Positions 7,868 to 16,334 of a stretch of 40,000 bases of DNA are shown here, piece after piece. This DNA is from an uncultured Chloroflexia bacterium (GTDB taxonomy: Bacteria; Chloroflexota; Ktedonobacteria; Ktedonobacterales; JADMIN01). Numbering within the stretch: position 1 is the stretch's first letter; each line of letters begins with the position of its first letter. The stretch covers positions 318,858-358,857 of the forward strand of contig CAWGVQ010000007.1 of assembly GCA_963826075.1 (NCBI GenBank), given 5' to 3'. Both the position numbers and the translations under genes were made by a program. The notes below the pieces were generated by a model. It had not been told where the DNA came from. It was given only the letters and a program-made list of their open reading frames with translations, and ran no database searches.

Positions 7868-9150
7868 GCGTTGTTGGCAGAGCAGCCAGTCAGCCAGCAA
7901 GATGAAGCTGAGCCCGCCATCAGTGTGGAGTCGATGAGCACAAGCCGCGAAGTCGGCTGCCGATCATTCGAGTTGGTTATCGAGAACGTCGTCAGGAACT
8001 TCCCCTGATTTCCTAAGGGATACACCACCTGCCCTATGCCATTAGGCTCTAACGTATCATTCGGATCGAGACCAACGGCATTGGCATACGCGGCTTTCGT
8101 CACATAGTTCACCAGATTCAATGGCAAGAGCTGCTGGGGATCATCACCCATGGAGGTCACTAGCCAATCACCTGACACCGCCAGAATGCCGCCCATCGTC
8201 GATGGCGACAGGCCGGTGCCCCTCACGGTACCAGTGGCCACATCCTGGATCACATAATCCCCTGATGGGTCCGTTGCGGGCGGAGTAATCGTCAGGATGT
8301 CGTGAGGTCCGACCCAGTCCAGCGGTATGCCTATTACCGCGGGGAGCTGTATTGGGAGCTGGAGCACCTGGTTGCCCACCAGCATCATGATCTGCATCTT
8401 GCCCAGCAGCAGGAACAATATCTGCCCATCGGGAGAGTTGAAGACCGTTCCTTGCGGTGCCTCAGGGTCGTCGTCGCTGGCCAGTTGATAGAGGAATAGC
8501 GGAACGCCACCGGCGGGGTCGACAGCATACAGCTGGCTGCCATATCCGCCGGTAGTGTAGATGGCTCGATTATTCTGCCAGCCCATAAAGACGCCCTGTG
8601 GTGCCAGTATCCGCGCTGGTCCTCCGGTGCGCGGGACGATCTCGGCACCATTGTTATCTCCATTGCTCGTCATAACAGTACCGCCGATCCATCGGCCATC
8701 TTGAGAGAGCTCAGGGTAGCTGATATCCAGCCCGGTAGACTGGACTCGCCCCTGCCGGTCCATAATGAGGAGTAAGCCAGAACTCCCAGAGATAAAGAGC
8801 CCAGACGAGTCCGGAAGCCAGCTAATAGGAGGCCCAGCCCCAAGTTCGCCTGCTGGGAGAGTATACGGGGTACCTTGCTCCTGTCCCGCCAGCGTATACA
8901 GCTTGATCGTTGAGCCATATTCCGCCGCGAGCAAGGTAGCATCAGGCGACGGGTACAGGTCCCCCGTTGGTGGAATAGGTAGTGTCTCAGTGCTGGACTG
9001 AGGAGTTGCCGTCGGCCGAAGCACAACGGGAGTCGCGGTAGGGGTAGTCACCCTCGCTGAGGAGGGGGCGCAGGCCGCCATGAATCCGCAGAGCAGGAAA
9101 CTGGCGAGCGCCACCATCAGCACTGGTGAGCGATAGCCCGTATCGAACAT
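7861..9150 (-). CDS. secreted lipoprotein, TolB-like beta-propeller
   Basis: I place the start at the ATG at 9150 (AAGGAGG 6 nt upstream), not the ORF-track start at 9324. The signal peptide and lipobox read VLMVALASFLLCGFMAAC. A Thr/Pro linker follows, then repeats such as ISWLPDSSGLFISG and ELSQDGRWIGG. Confidence 0.75.
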   Translation of the reverse strand: MFDTGYRSPVLMVALASFLLCGFMAACAPSSARVTTPTATPVVLRPTATPQSSTETLPIPPTGDLYPSPDATLLAAEYGSTIKLYTLAGQEQGTPYTLPAGELGAGPPISWLPDSSGLFISGSSGLLLIMDRQGRVQSTGLDISYPELSQDGRWIGGTVMTSNGDNNGAEIVPRTGGPARILAPQGVFMGWQNNRAIYTTGGYGSQLYAVDPAGGVPLFLYQLASDDDPEAPQGTVFNSPDGQILFLLLGKMQIMMLVGNQVLQLPIQLPAVIGIPLDWVGPHDILTITPPATDPSGDYVIQDVATGTVRGTGLSPSTMGGILAVSGDWLVTSMGDDPQQLLPLNLVNYVTKAAYANAVGLDPNDTLEPNGIGQVVYPLGNQGKFLTTFSITNSNDRQPTSRLVLIDSTLMAGSASSCWLTGCSANNAK

Positions 9151-9434
9151 GTGGCCTCCTTGGTGATGTGTCCGCTCGCTAAAATTAGCGGCTATCCTGA
9201 CCGGTGATAAAGCCAGATTGGCCTGGCGACACGGAAGGAGCGGTGTGCGTGGTTGACTGCTATGATCGTCTGCACTTGGTTTCTGGTAGGGTGTAACTCC
9301 TAGTAAGAGATGAGCACATCCCACTGTGATAGTGAATAGCAGGTGCGAATAGTCTACTGGAGAAAGCAGCAGGGCGCAATACCTAGTGATCCGTTTCCAG
9401 CTGGCAACTACGTATGAGAGGGCCTCCCTACCAC

Positions 9435-11081
9435 TTACCCCGGAATAACGCTCCAGGCGCCGTTGATGTAGTGGAGCATAACCGGCACCACACTCGTTCC
9501 AGACTGCATGTCTGCTGCAGCGAACCCCTCGGAGTCAGAGACGAAGGCTACTGCGCCTATTGTCACGATGTGGTCCGGTATCGCTGTCCACGTCCAAACG
9601 CCGTTGCGGTAATGCGCAACCTGATAACTAGAGCTATTGCCATTGAGCCAAGGTGAAGAAAGCCCAGGAACAAAGGGAAAGGAACTGCCGGGGAACGCCC
9701 ATACCTCGTTTGGCGACAGGGCTGCGATCCTGAAAAGATCATGGTTATTCGTCTGCTGATTTACGTAGTTCCCGACGTTTTCACGAGTCAAGTTGGTGCC
9801 ATCGTAGTGCAGCACCAGCGGTGCGGTTCCGTTACCGCTGGCATCCGTGAAAGCGTAGGAACCGGCCACCCACACGTCAGTCGGTGAGGTCATCGAGACG
9901 GCATACATGATGGGGTACTGCACACCAATCTGTGTCCCTGACCACGTCGTCCACATGCCATTCTGGTAGTGGGCCACAGCAAAGTCGCTACTGGTGCCGG
10001 TTCCGGTGCCATAGCCTACGATCCAGCAATCGTCCGGCGTGAGAGCCGCGATGTCTGTGAATATGAGCGCTCCCGACGCATCGAAGGTGAGCGGCACCGA
10101 TATCCAGGAACCATTCTGAAAGTGCAGTAGTGTATACGCATACTTTGCCGTATACGGATTGATGTGCGACTTTCCGCCATCGATCAGCATCCACCCGTCA
10201 CCCGACGAAGTCATATGGACTGTTATACCGGTAACTATGCCAGTGGTGTTGGCAGTGGCTGGGAGAGACACTTGCAGCCATTGGCCGTCCGTGTAGTGTA
10301 ACGCCAGTGGCTTGGCATTAGATGTAGTTCCTACCGCCCAGCCATCAGTTGCGGATACCATGGACACGCTGAGCAACTCGGCGTTGGGAATACCCACATC
10401 AACTGGCTGCCACTGGCAATTCTGGAAGTGCAACAGCAGTGTAGCAGTAGGCACGACAGCGCCTTGTTGGGTGATAGTCTGTATCCAGCCAACCGCCCAG
10501 CCATCACGCGGCGAGCTCATACTGATGTCTTGGATGAGCGCATTGGGAGGGATGGTTGCGCCCAAAGCGCTAGAAGGACAGGCAGAAGGCGTTGGTGTGC
10601 TACTGGTGGCCACTGCCGGGGTATGGCCGTGGCGAAGCTGTACGCCGAAGTATCCAAAGAGCGCAGCACTCAGGGCGACGAGTAAGACGGCGGCCAGCAC
10701 AGCGAGCGCTGGGCGATGGGATGGGCGTTGTGGTGGCCGTGCTACACTAGTAGCCTGCTGGGAGGCAAGAGCACGAGAATCCGTGTCATATTCTACAACA
10801 CCGGCCTTTGTCCTCTGAGACACCGTCAGTGGGGATCGCGAAGGAAGCTGGTCGCGAAGGGCGAGCCAGGCATCAGCAGCGTGGGAATCGGGTGGAATGC
10901 GGTTGTCCTCGTCAGCCAGCGTAGTGGCGATGGTGCCCCATGCCGCTGCCGCGCGACGGCAGGCCGCGCAACCAGCAAGATGACGCTCTACAGCCGACCC
11001 CTCAGCCAGCGAGAGGCAGCCAGCAACATGCCAGGGGAGGCGCTCGCGGCAGGCGGAACATGTCAGGTCGTCAGGCATCAT
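9435..11081 (-). CDS. anti-sigma factor: zf-HC2 (ZAS) domain, one TM segment, seven-repeat extracytoplasmic propeller-like domain
   Basis: The N-terminus contains HLAGCAACRR (HxxxCxxC). The TM segment is ALAVLAAVLLVALSAALFGYFGV. Seven repeats each carry a (D/E)xW(A/I)(V/F)G-type motif and an (L/A)H(Y/F)xNGxW motif. Confidence 0.85.
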   Translation of the reverse strand: MMPDDLTCSACRERLPWHVAGCLSLAEGSAVERHLAGCAACRRAAAAWGTIATTLADEDNRIPPDSHAADAWLALRDQLPSRSPLTVSQRTKAGVVEYDTDSRALASQQATSVARPPQRPSHRPALAVLAAVLLVALSAALFGYFGVQLRHGHTPAVATSSTPTPSACPSSALGATIPPNALIQDISMSSPRDGWAVGWIQTITQQGAVVPTATLLLHFQNCQWQPVDVGIPNAELLSVSMVSATDGWAVGTTSNAKPLALHYTDGQWLQVSLPATANTTGIVTGITVHMTSSGDGWMLIDGGKSHINPYTAKYAYTLLHFQNGSWISVPLTFDASGALIFTDIAALTPDDCWIVGYGTGTGTSSDFAVAHYQNGMWTTWSGTQIGVQYPIMYAVSMTSPTDVWVAGSYAFTDASGNGTAPLVLHYDGTNLTRENVGNYVNQQTNNHDLFRIAALSPNEVWAFPGSSFPFVPGLSSPWLNGNSSSYQVAHYRNGVWTWTAIPDHIVTIGAVAFVSDSEGFAAADMQSGTSVVPVMLHYINGAWSVIPG

Positions 11082-11652
11082 GACGTAACTCCTTCACCGG
11101 AGTAGCGTACAGCTCACGCCACAATGCCTTGCGGGCGTAGTTGATCCGGCTTTTGACGGTGCCAGCGGGCACGTCGAGAATCTGGGCGGCTTCGTCGAGT
11201 GAGAAGCCGTGCTGGAAGACGAGCGCCAGAACTTCACGGTGTTTAGGCGAGAGGTGGTTTAGAGCCTCGTCCAGGGCCATGCGATCGAGCACAATGTCGT
11301 CGCAGGCCGCGTATGTCGCACCAGGCTGGACCAGGGTATCATCCTCGTTGTCGGAAGAGTCGGGCGGTTGGCTGCCGAGATGGCGGAGGCGACGGCGCCT
11401 GGTGCCAAGCGCCACGTAACGGGCGATCTGGTAGAGCCAGGTGGACACTCGGGCCTCAGCGCGATAGCCGCTCGCGGTACGCCAGACGGCCAGGAAGACG
11501 TCTTGCAGGGCCTCCTCGACACCAGTAGAGTCGCCGTCGAGCTGGTGCCAGAGGTAGCGGCGCAGGCGCGGGCGATAGGCGAGGTAGAGCTGGTGCAGCG
11601 CCTCCTCGTTGCCGGTTGCAACCTGGGCTAGTAGCTGTTGGTCATCCAGCAC
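11071..11652 (-). CDS. ECF (group 4) sigma-70 factor
   Basis: Region 2 reads YRPRLRRYLWHQL...DVFLAVW. Region 4 reads LSPKHREVLALVFQHGFSLDEAAQILDVPAGTVKSRINYARKAL. The start is uncertain: GTG at 11652 (193 aa) is preferred over the TTG at 11766 given by the ORF track. It overlaps the anti-sigma gene start by 11 nt. Confidence 0.85.
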   Translation of the reverse strand: MLDDQQLLAQVATGNEEALHQLYLAYRPRLRRYLWHQLDGDSTGVEEALQDVFLAVWRTASGYRAEARVSTWLYQIARYVALGTRRRRLRHLGSQPPDSSDNEDDTLVQPGATYAACDDIVLDRMALDEALNHLSPKHREVLALVFQHGFSLDEAAQILDVPAGTVKSRINYARKALWRELYATPVKELRHDA

Positions 11653-12018
11653 AGGCGTTCCCCATCGGCAAGTACTCCCGTCCTCACGATACAGTCCGGC
11701 GCTGCATCTGTCGCTGTCACAAGTGTTGACGAAGAATAGGTGTGTCGATAGGCCCGAATGGTTCAAAGTGCTTCGCTAGTAGGACTGAAAAGGGTCTGAT
11801 ACGGTTTACGCGTGAGGTCTTGGAGAATGGAACCATGGCAAGCGTGACGCAATTGAAGCCGCTCAATGAATCGCTGAAGGGTGATACTGGGCTTGATCTC
11901 TCAACGATCCGTCCCTCGCGGTCAACGAAGTGATGGTTTAGGAGACGAGGAGAAGGCGAGGCCGCGTTTGACGTGCTTGCATGTGCCAGAGCACTCCATC
12001 AGCTTGGGGCGACGTCAG

Positions 12019-12627
12019 TCATTCCGTAGCAATGCACTGCCCTATGCGCTCAAGGAGCTCATCGGCGGATAGGGAGATGCTCCCCAGTCCAATGTTCATT
12101 TTGACCCGTTGCTTGCCTCCGTAGGTGGAAACTCTGTTGGGCTTGAGGATAAAGGAAATGGTGAGCGACGTGATTCGATACAGGCCACCTACCCCCAACA
12201 TTCGCGTCGTGGTGTACGCAGCGATATGGTCCACATCCCTCCAATAGATGGTGCGGAACATACCTGGAAACGGATGATACACCAAACTCGACGGAGTCAC
12301 GTGCAAAACTGGCTGGGATGTGAACGTCCAATACAAGCCAAGCGGCACGGGGGTGCCACAGAGGAGTACCACGCAGACGAAGACTATGGTTGCAGCTGGT
12401 TGCTGATACTGCCACGGATGCCAGCTGACGGTTGGGGGTGTCCAGACAAAATACACCAGGAACGCAACGACCACGACACCGGCAAAGATCATGGCTGGCA
12501 GAAATGGCTTCCAGCGCGTCGCATACACGCGGACATCATGTGGTGTTTGTACCACCATGGGAGGCCTCGATTCCTCTACAGAGATGTGCAGTACCTGCAG
12601 CTGTACACCTTCCTCCTGGTAGGACAT
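12019..12627 (-). CDS. hypothetical membrane protein (2 TM segments plus a C-terminal globular domain)
   Basis: I place the start at the ATG at 12627 (MSYQEEGVQLQ...). The ORF-track extension to 12750 runs through the IS transposase 3' end in another frame. Confidence 0.55.
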   Translation of the reverse strand: MSYQEEGVQLQVLHISVEESRPPMVVQTPHDVRVYATRWKPFLPAMIFAGVVVVAFLVYFVWTPPTVSWHPWQYQQPAATIVFVCVVLLCGTPVPLGLYWTFTSQPVLHVTPSSLVYHPFPGMFRTIYWRDVDHIAAYTTTRMLGVGGLYRITSLTISFILKPNRVSTYGGKQRVKMNIGLGSISLSADELLERIGQCIATE

Positions 12628-13252
12628 CACGACGAGCCGGCGTGCTCGTGGTGACGCGGAGGCCCTTGGCGTTTCTTCAGCCGCTGCGGCCACCAGGGAA
12701 ACAGCGTCGCTGAGCGGATCAGTGCTGGATGGCGCTGCAGCACCACACACCGCGCGAGCTGCGCCTCTTCGAGTTCATTGATATCGGCAAAACACTGATT
12801 GACCAGGACCTCGTTGCTGAACTGCCACAGGTGCTCGGCCGGCTGCAACTCCGATGAGTAGCCCGGCAGGAACAACAGATGCACATGCTCGGGGACCCGC
12901 AGGTGCAGACTGGTGTGCCAGCCGGCACGGTCGAGGATCAGCACGATTTCTTTCTTCGGGCCTGCTGCCACCGTCCGGGCAAAGGCTGCCAGTTCCGCCT
13001 CAAAAAGCGGAATCGAAACGCTGGTGGCCAGGTGCCAGACGGTCCGACCCGAGGCGGGATGGACAAAGGCCACCAGATAGCGCCACACAAAGCGGTGGCG
13101 CACCGGCGCCAGCGGGCGCTGACCAATCGGTGCCCAGACCCGACGCAGCAGCGGTTTCAAGCCTATGCGATGCTCGTCCATGGCCCAGACCTCGACCTTG
13201 GCCTGCGGAAAGGCTGTGGCCACCTGCCTTAGCAAGGGACGGACGTTTTTTT
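12627..13252 (-). CDS. IS630-family transposase, catalytic DDE part (orfB, reached by a -1 shift at the A7 run 13246-13252)
   Basis: Signatures are VWAMDEHRIGLKP, VLILDRAGWH and GYSSELQPAEHLW. The frame is -1 relative to orfA. The junction would read ...TAFKK|NVRPLLRQV. Confidence 0.78.
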
Positions 13253-13744
13253 GAAGGCGGTCTGCTCCTCGGGATCGGCTAGGGCATGCTGCGGTCGCGG
13301 CACTTGTTGGCTGTGCTTGAGGCGCTGCAAGTAGTCCCACCCACGCTGGACCCGCACCGGTCGGCCTAGCTTCGCGGAAATCCAAGCGGCCACCGCCCGG
13401 GCGGTCCACTGCTTGCTGTAGTCGGGTGCGGGTCCAGCAATCGCTTGACGCAGTTCCTCTTGGAGCTCTACCGAGAGCATTGGGGCCGGGCGCCAGGAAG
13501 TCGTGTGTTGCCGGTTGCGCATGCCAGCTGGACCTTGCTCGTTATAGCGCCGCGCGATCTGCCCAATCCAATAGCGGGAGTAGCTGGTGCTATCGGCAAT
13601 CTGCTTGGCGGTTTGGCTGCGGGAAAGCAGCCACAGAATCTGCCACCAGCTCCGTTCATGCGGCTCTTTGGCGGACCGGTAGCGCTCTTCGAGTTGTTCG
13701 GTCGTCAAATGCGGTTGAAGATTGATGTGTCTTGGCATGCCCAC
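13229..13744 (-). CDS. IS630-family transposase, N-terminal DNA-binding part (orfA)
   Basis: 171 aa. WWQILWLLSRSQTAKQIADSTSYSRYWIGQIARRYNEQG is typical of the IS630 HTH region. It ends just after an A7 run. Confidence 0.8.
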   Translation of the reverse strand: MGMPRHINLQPHLTTEQLEERYRSAKEPHERSWWQILWLLSRSQTAKQIADSTSYSRYWIGQIARRYNEQGPAGMRNRQHTTSWRPAPMLSVELQEELRQAIAGPAPDYSKQWTARAVAAWISAKLGRPVRVQRGWDYLQRLKHSQQVPRPQHALADPEEQTAFKKTSVPC

Positions 13745-13949
13745 ATTCTACAATATCCCGAACGGAAACCGTATGAGGAGGCACAGACAATGCGCTCTAA
13801 GGCAGACCGATACCCAACAGTTGCACCTACCTCGTTGATGCTGTACAATCTGCTCACGCGAGAAGTGCCCATTTTAACAGGCTTTGCCGCATGCGAGCAG
13901 CGAAATGTGGGTACCTGCCTTCCAAGCAGATCTTCTTAATGAACTGGCG

Positions 13950-14489
13950 CTACCAGATGGAAGGTTCAATGAAATCTGCCGCTGGTCGCCGGAGCGCTTG
14001 GGTGATCCGCATGGCCAGCCGCATGCCGGTCGCAAACTTGATAGTACGGAGGTCCATGAGCTGGGAGGGCGTGCAGTGCAACCTTTCCGCGACCTGCCGC
14101 CAGGTCTCGTCTCGCTCGGTGCGGGCGCAATTGAGCGCAGCGTAGAGTTTCGCTAGGTTCCATCGCAGCCGGTGCACCACATCAGTCACAGGGAGGGGGA
14201 CGCCGGTTGTGCCAGACCGTGGCTGGACCACAAACATCTCAGGGGGGCAACCCAGCCATCTTAGCAGAAACAAGGCGTGCTGGCAGGAGCCTCCGCCCTC
14301 TCCTATGTGCCTGATCGTCGAAGGACTGATCGGATGATCTCCAAGCTTGTCATTGAGTACCTGTGACTGATTCCACACATCATGAGCGAGTATGTCCCAG
14401 CTTAGGGCTTCTTGACGGCGTCGCTCGTCAGTGGCAGTGAAGAACGCCTGGGCATCGAAGCCGCCAGGATGGGTCACGCCTCCCGCCAT
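13950..14489 (-). CDS. hypothetical DNA-binding protein with two tandem HTH-like modules (candidate element regulator)
   Basis: 179 aa. There are two internally similar segments. One runs ...RRRQEALSWDILAHDV...ISPSTIRHI...ALFLLRWLGCPPEMFV. The other runs ...RTERDETWRQVAERLHCTPSQLMDL...AMRITQALRRPAADFI. Confidence 0.55.
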   Translation of the reverse strand: MAGGVTHPGGFDAQAFFTATDERRRQEALSWDILAHDVWNQSQVLNDKLGDHPISPSTIRHIGEGGGSCQHALFLLRWLGCPPEMFVVQPRSGTTGVPLPVTDVVHRLRWNLAKLYAALNCARTERDETWRQVAERLHCTPSQLMDLRTIKFATGMRLAMRITQALRRPAADFIEPSIW

Positions 14490-14614
14490 AACCTGCCTCC
14501 TGTGTTGGGTATTGCCACCTTCACGTTGTGCATTTCAAGAACAGCATTGGTTTTGGGAGTGCACTGACCGGCCATATATCGCTTATACCATTACATATTT
14601 CACAGCCCAACGGC

Positions 14615-14785
14615 TTAAGCAGGCATGAGCGCCTGCACAACCAGCTCAACATCCTCTTTGCTGATGAGCTTCTTACGGCTGTCGCTAGGATCTCCAATGA
14701 ACTTGATCTTTCCCACAATTTGAAGTTGTGTCATTCTCTTCTCGACAATAAATCGCCCGACCCCCAAACGTTGCGATCTTTGCAG
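14615..14785 (-). pseudogene. truncated or interrupted paralog of the excisionase-like gene 14811..15017
   Basis: My translation is (TAA at 14786-14788) LQRSQRLGVGRFIVEKRMTQLQIVGKIKFIGDPSDSRKKLISKEDVELVVQALMPA*. It aligns along its length to the neighbour's QRAGVGRFVAERKMNEMEESGQIRFVDDPRDIRKKLISREHVDAIVTALTPG. It is absent from the ORF track. Confidence 0.6.
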
Positions 14786-14810
14786 TTAGGCTCCGATCCC
14801 AATCAAGAAT

Positions 14811-15017
14811 TCAGCCCGGGGTAAGGGCCGTCACAATTGCGTCAACATGCTCTCTGCTTATCAGCTTCTTGCGAATATCACGTGGATCGTCTACAAAGCG
14901 GATCTGTCCTGACTCTTCCATCTCATTCATTTTGCGTTCGGCAACAAATCTGCCCACTCCGGCTCTTTGCATGACTTCCATGATTGCCTGGGTTTTACCA
15001 ATGTACTGTGTTGCCAT
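14811..15017 (-). CDS. small DNA-binding protein, excisionase / recombination-directionality-factor candidate
   Basis: 68 aa from the ATG at 15017, with GGAGG 9 nt upstream. It is divergent from the integrase. The size and the pattern (helix, then GQIRF, then basic RKKLIS) resemble Xis/MerR-type winged helices. Confidence 0.55.
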   Translation of the reverse strand: MATQYIGKTQAIMEVMQRAGVGRFVAERKMNEMEESGQIRFVDDPRDIRKKLISREHVDAIVTALTPG

Positions 15018-15050
15018 TTGCGTTAACCTCCAAAGCGTGCCCTTTGTCGC

Positions 15051-15056
15051 ATTATA
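15051..15056 (-). promoter_or_regulatory. consensus -10 hexamer (TATAAT on the minus strand) for the xis-like gene
   Basis: attata on the plus strand lies 34 nt upstream of the ATG at 15017. The -35 region is weak. Confidence 0.35.
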
Positions 15057-15148
15057 CAGCATGCATTTCCTTTATGCTCATGTCTACTCAGTTTCTACTG
15101 GGTTTACTAATGTTAGCGCAGTTTAGCGCAGATTTCCTCTTTAAGTAC

Positions 15149-15176
15149 TTGACATGGGAATATCAGCGTGTATAAT
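15149..15176 (+). promoter_or_regulatory. integrase promoter TTGACA-N16-TATAAT
   Basis: Both hexamers match the sigma-70 consensus exactly (15149-15154 and 15171-15176). GGAGG at 15184-15188 and the ATG at 15195 follow. Confidence 0.6.
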
Positions 15177-15194
15177 ACAAATTGGAGGGTAGCT

Positions 15195-16217
15195 ATGAAG
15201 ATGGCAGCCGCAATCCGGGGTTTTTTGATGGACTGGGAGCTGCGTGAGCATTCGCCAAACACGATTCGACTCTATCGGTCGTGTTTGAACGTATTTGCTC
15301 GCTGGCTCGAAGAACAGGGCATTACGACGGTGGAGGACGTCACGATTGCCCATCTACGCGCATTTATGCTCTATACCCAACAACGCCCAGTCGATGCAGT
15401 GAACCCGAGCCATCCCACCGCAACAGATGGGCGGACGCTCAGCACAGCAACCTTGCAATCCTACGTGAAGACCATCAAAGTACTGTTTCATTGGCTCGTA
15501 GACGAGGAGGTGATTACGCGCAATCCAGCGCTCCGCTTACATAAGCCCGTCGAGGCAAGGCGGGTGGTGGTGACATTCTCGCATCAGCACCTCAACGCCA
15601 TGTTTGAGGCCTGCGATCTCACCAACTCCCTGGGCTTTCGTGACTACGTCTTGATGCTCGTCCTACTCGATACCGGCCTTCGGGTGAGCGAACTCTGCGG
15701 CATCCAGCTGGATGATGTCCATGAGGCCTACATCAAGGTCTTGGGCAAGGGGCGTAAAGAGCGCGAGGTTGGCGTCAGTCCAACCACCGCCAAGTTCATC
15801 TGGAAATACATCCACCTGCACCGCGTGACAGCGGATGACGCGGTAACGGCCCTGTTCACAAACTTTGCGGGCCACGGACTGCGACCCTCCGGGGTCGAAA
15901 AGCTCATCAGGCGGGTGAAAGATGCCGCTGGCATTACCGACATTCCGGTGACGGCGCACAAGTTCCGTCATACTTTCGCCCGCACGTGGCTGGAACGGGG
16001 CGGTGAGGTCTACAGCCTCTCGAGGCTCATGGGCCACTCGAGTGTGAAGGTCACCGAAATCTATCTGGAAGACTTCAAGAGTCGGCAGGCCCGTCTACAG
16101 CACGCGAAGTTCTCGCCAATCAGCCAACTGAAGCTCCGCCAGAAGGGGCGCGGCCGCCATACCTACAAGCGCCAGCCGCAATTTGGGGATAATGATGAGA
16201 AGCAGGAGAACGGCTAA
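15195..16217 (+). CDS. tyrosine recombinase / phage-type integrase
   Basis: The N-terminal SAM-like domain reads NTIRLYRSCLNVFARWL. The catalytic signature is GLRVSEL ... HKFRHTFA ... LMGHSSVKVTEIY (R, HxxR, H, Y). I use the ATG at 15195 because the ORF-track GTG at 15168 immediately abuts and runs through the -10 hexamer. Confidence 0.92.
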   Translation: MKMAAAIRGFLMDWELREHSPNTIRLYRSCLNVFARWLEEQGITTVEDVTIAHLRAFMLYTQQRPVDAVNPSHPTATDGRTLSTATLQSYVKTIKVLFHWLVDEEVITRNPALRLHKPVEARRVVVTFSHQHLNAMFEACDLTNSLGFRDYVLMLVLLDTGLRVSELCGIQLDDVHEAYIKVLGKGRKEREVGVSPTTAKFIWKYIHLHRVTADDAVTALFTNFAGHGLRPSGVEKLIRRVKDAAGITDIPVTAHKFRHTFARTWLERGGEVYSLSRLMGHSSVKVTEIYLEDFKSRQARLQHAKFSPISQLKLRQKGRGRHTYKRQPQFGDNDEKQENG

Positions 16218-16334
16218 GCGGCGTTGGGGTCTGTTACCAAAAGGTAATTGCCCAATTCCGCCCACGAAGGGCCTCCAGTGGGCTGTAACCTTACCTATTT
16301 TAGACGGTTTTGAGAGGGGGTGAGGGCAGTCGCC

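Larger units (their letters stand above)
12627..13860 (-). mobile_element. IS630-family insertion sequence (ends not resolved)
   Basis: It has two overlapping transposase ORFs with the helix-turn-helix N-terminus and DDE signatures typical of IS630/Tc1. I could not find convincing terminal inverted repeats. The outer limits are bounded by neighbouring genes. Confidence 0.7.

Noticed and set aside
9177-9190. Small palindrome cgcta-aaat-tagcg upstream of the lipoprotein RBS
   Set aside because: The arms are only 5 bp. That is too short to distinguish from chance in a 285-bp spacer.
11767-12018. An ECF-type autoregulatory promoter (GGAAC...CGT) upstream of the sigma gene; the palindrome tggaaccatgg at 11827-11837
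   Set aside because: The GGAAC reads on the wrong strand for the sigma gene, and no properly spaced -10 CGT element follows. I could not support a promoter call.
12600-13860. Terminal inverted repeats and TA target duplication of the IS630 element
   Set aside because: The best candidate pair is ggacatcacgacgag near 12621 versus the reverse complement of ctcgttgatgctg near 13842-13854, both next to a TA. It matches only in two 5-nt blocks with a 2-nt indel, which is not better than chance. The ends are left unresolved.
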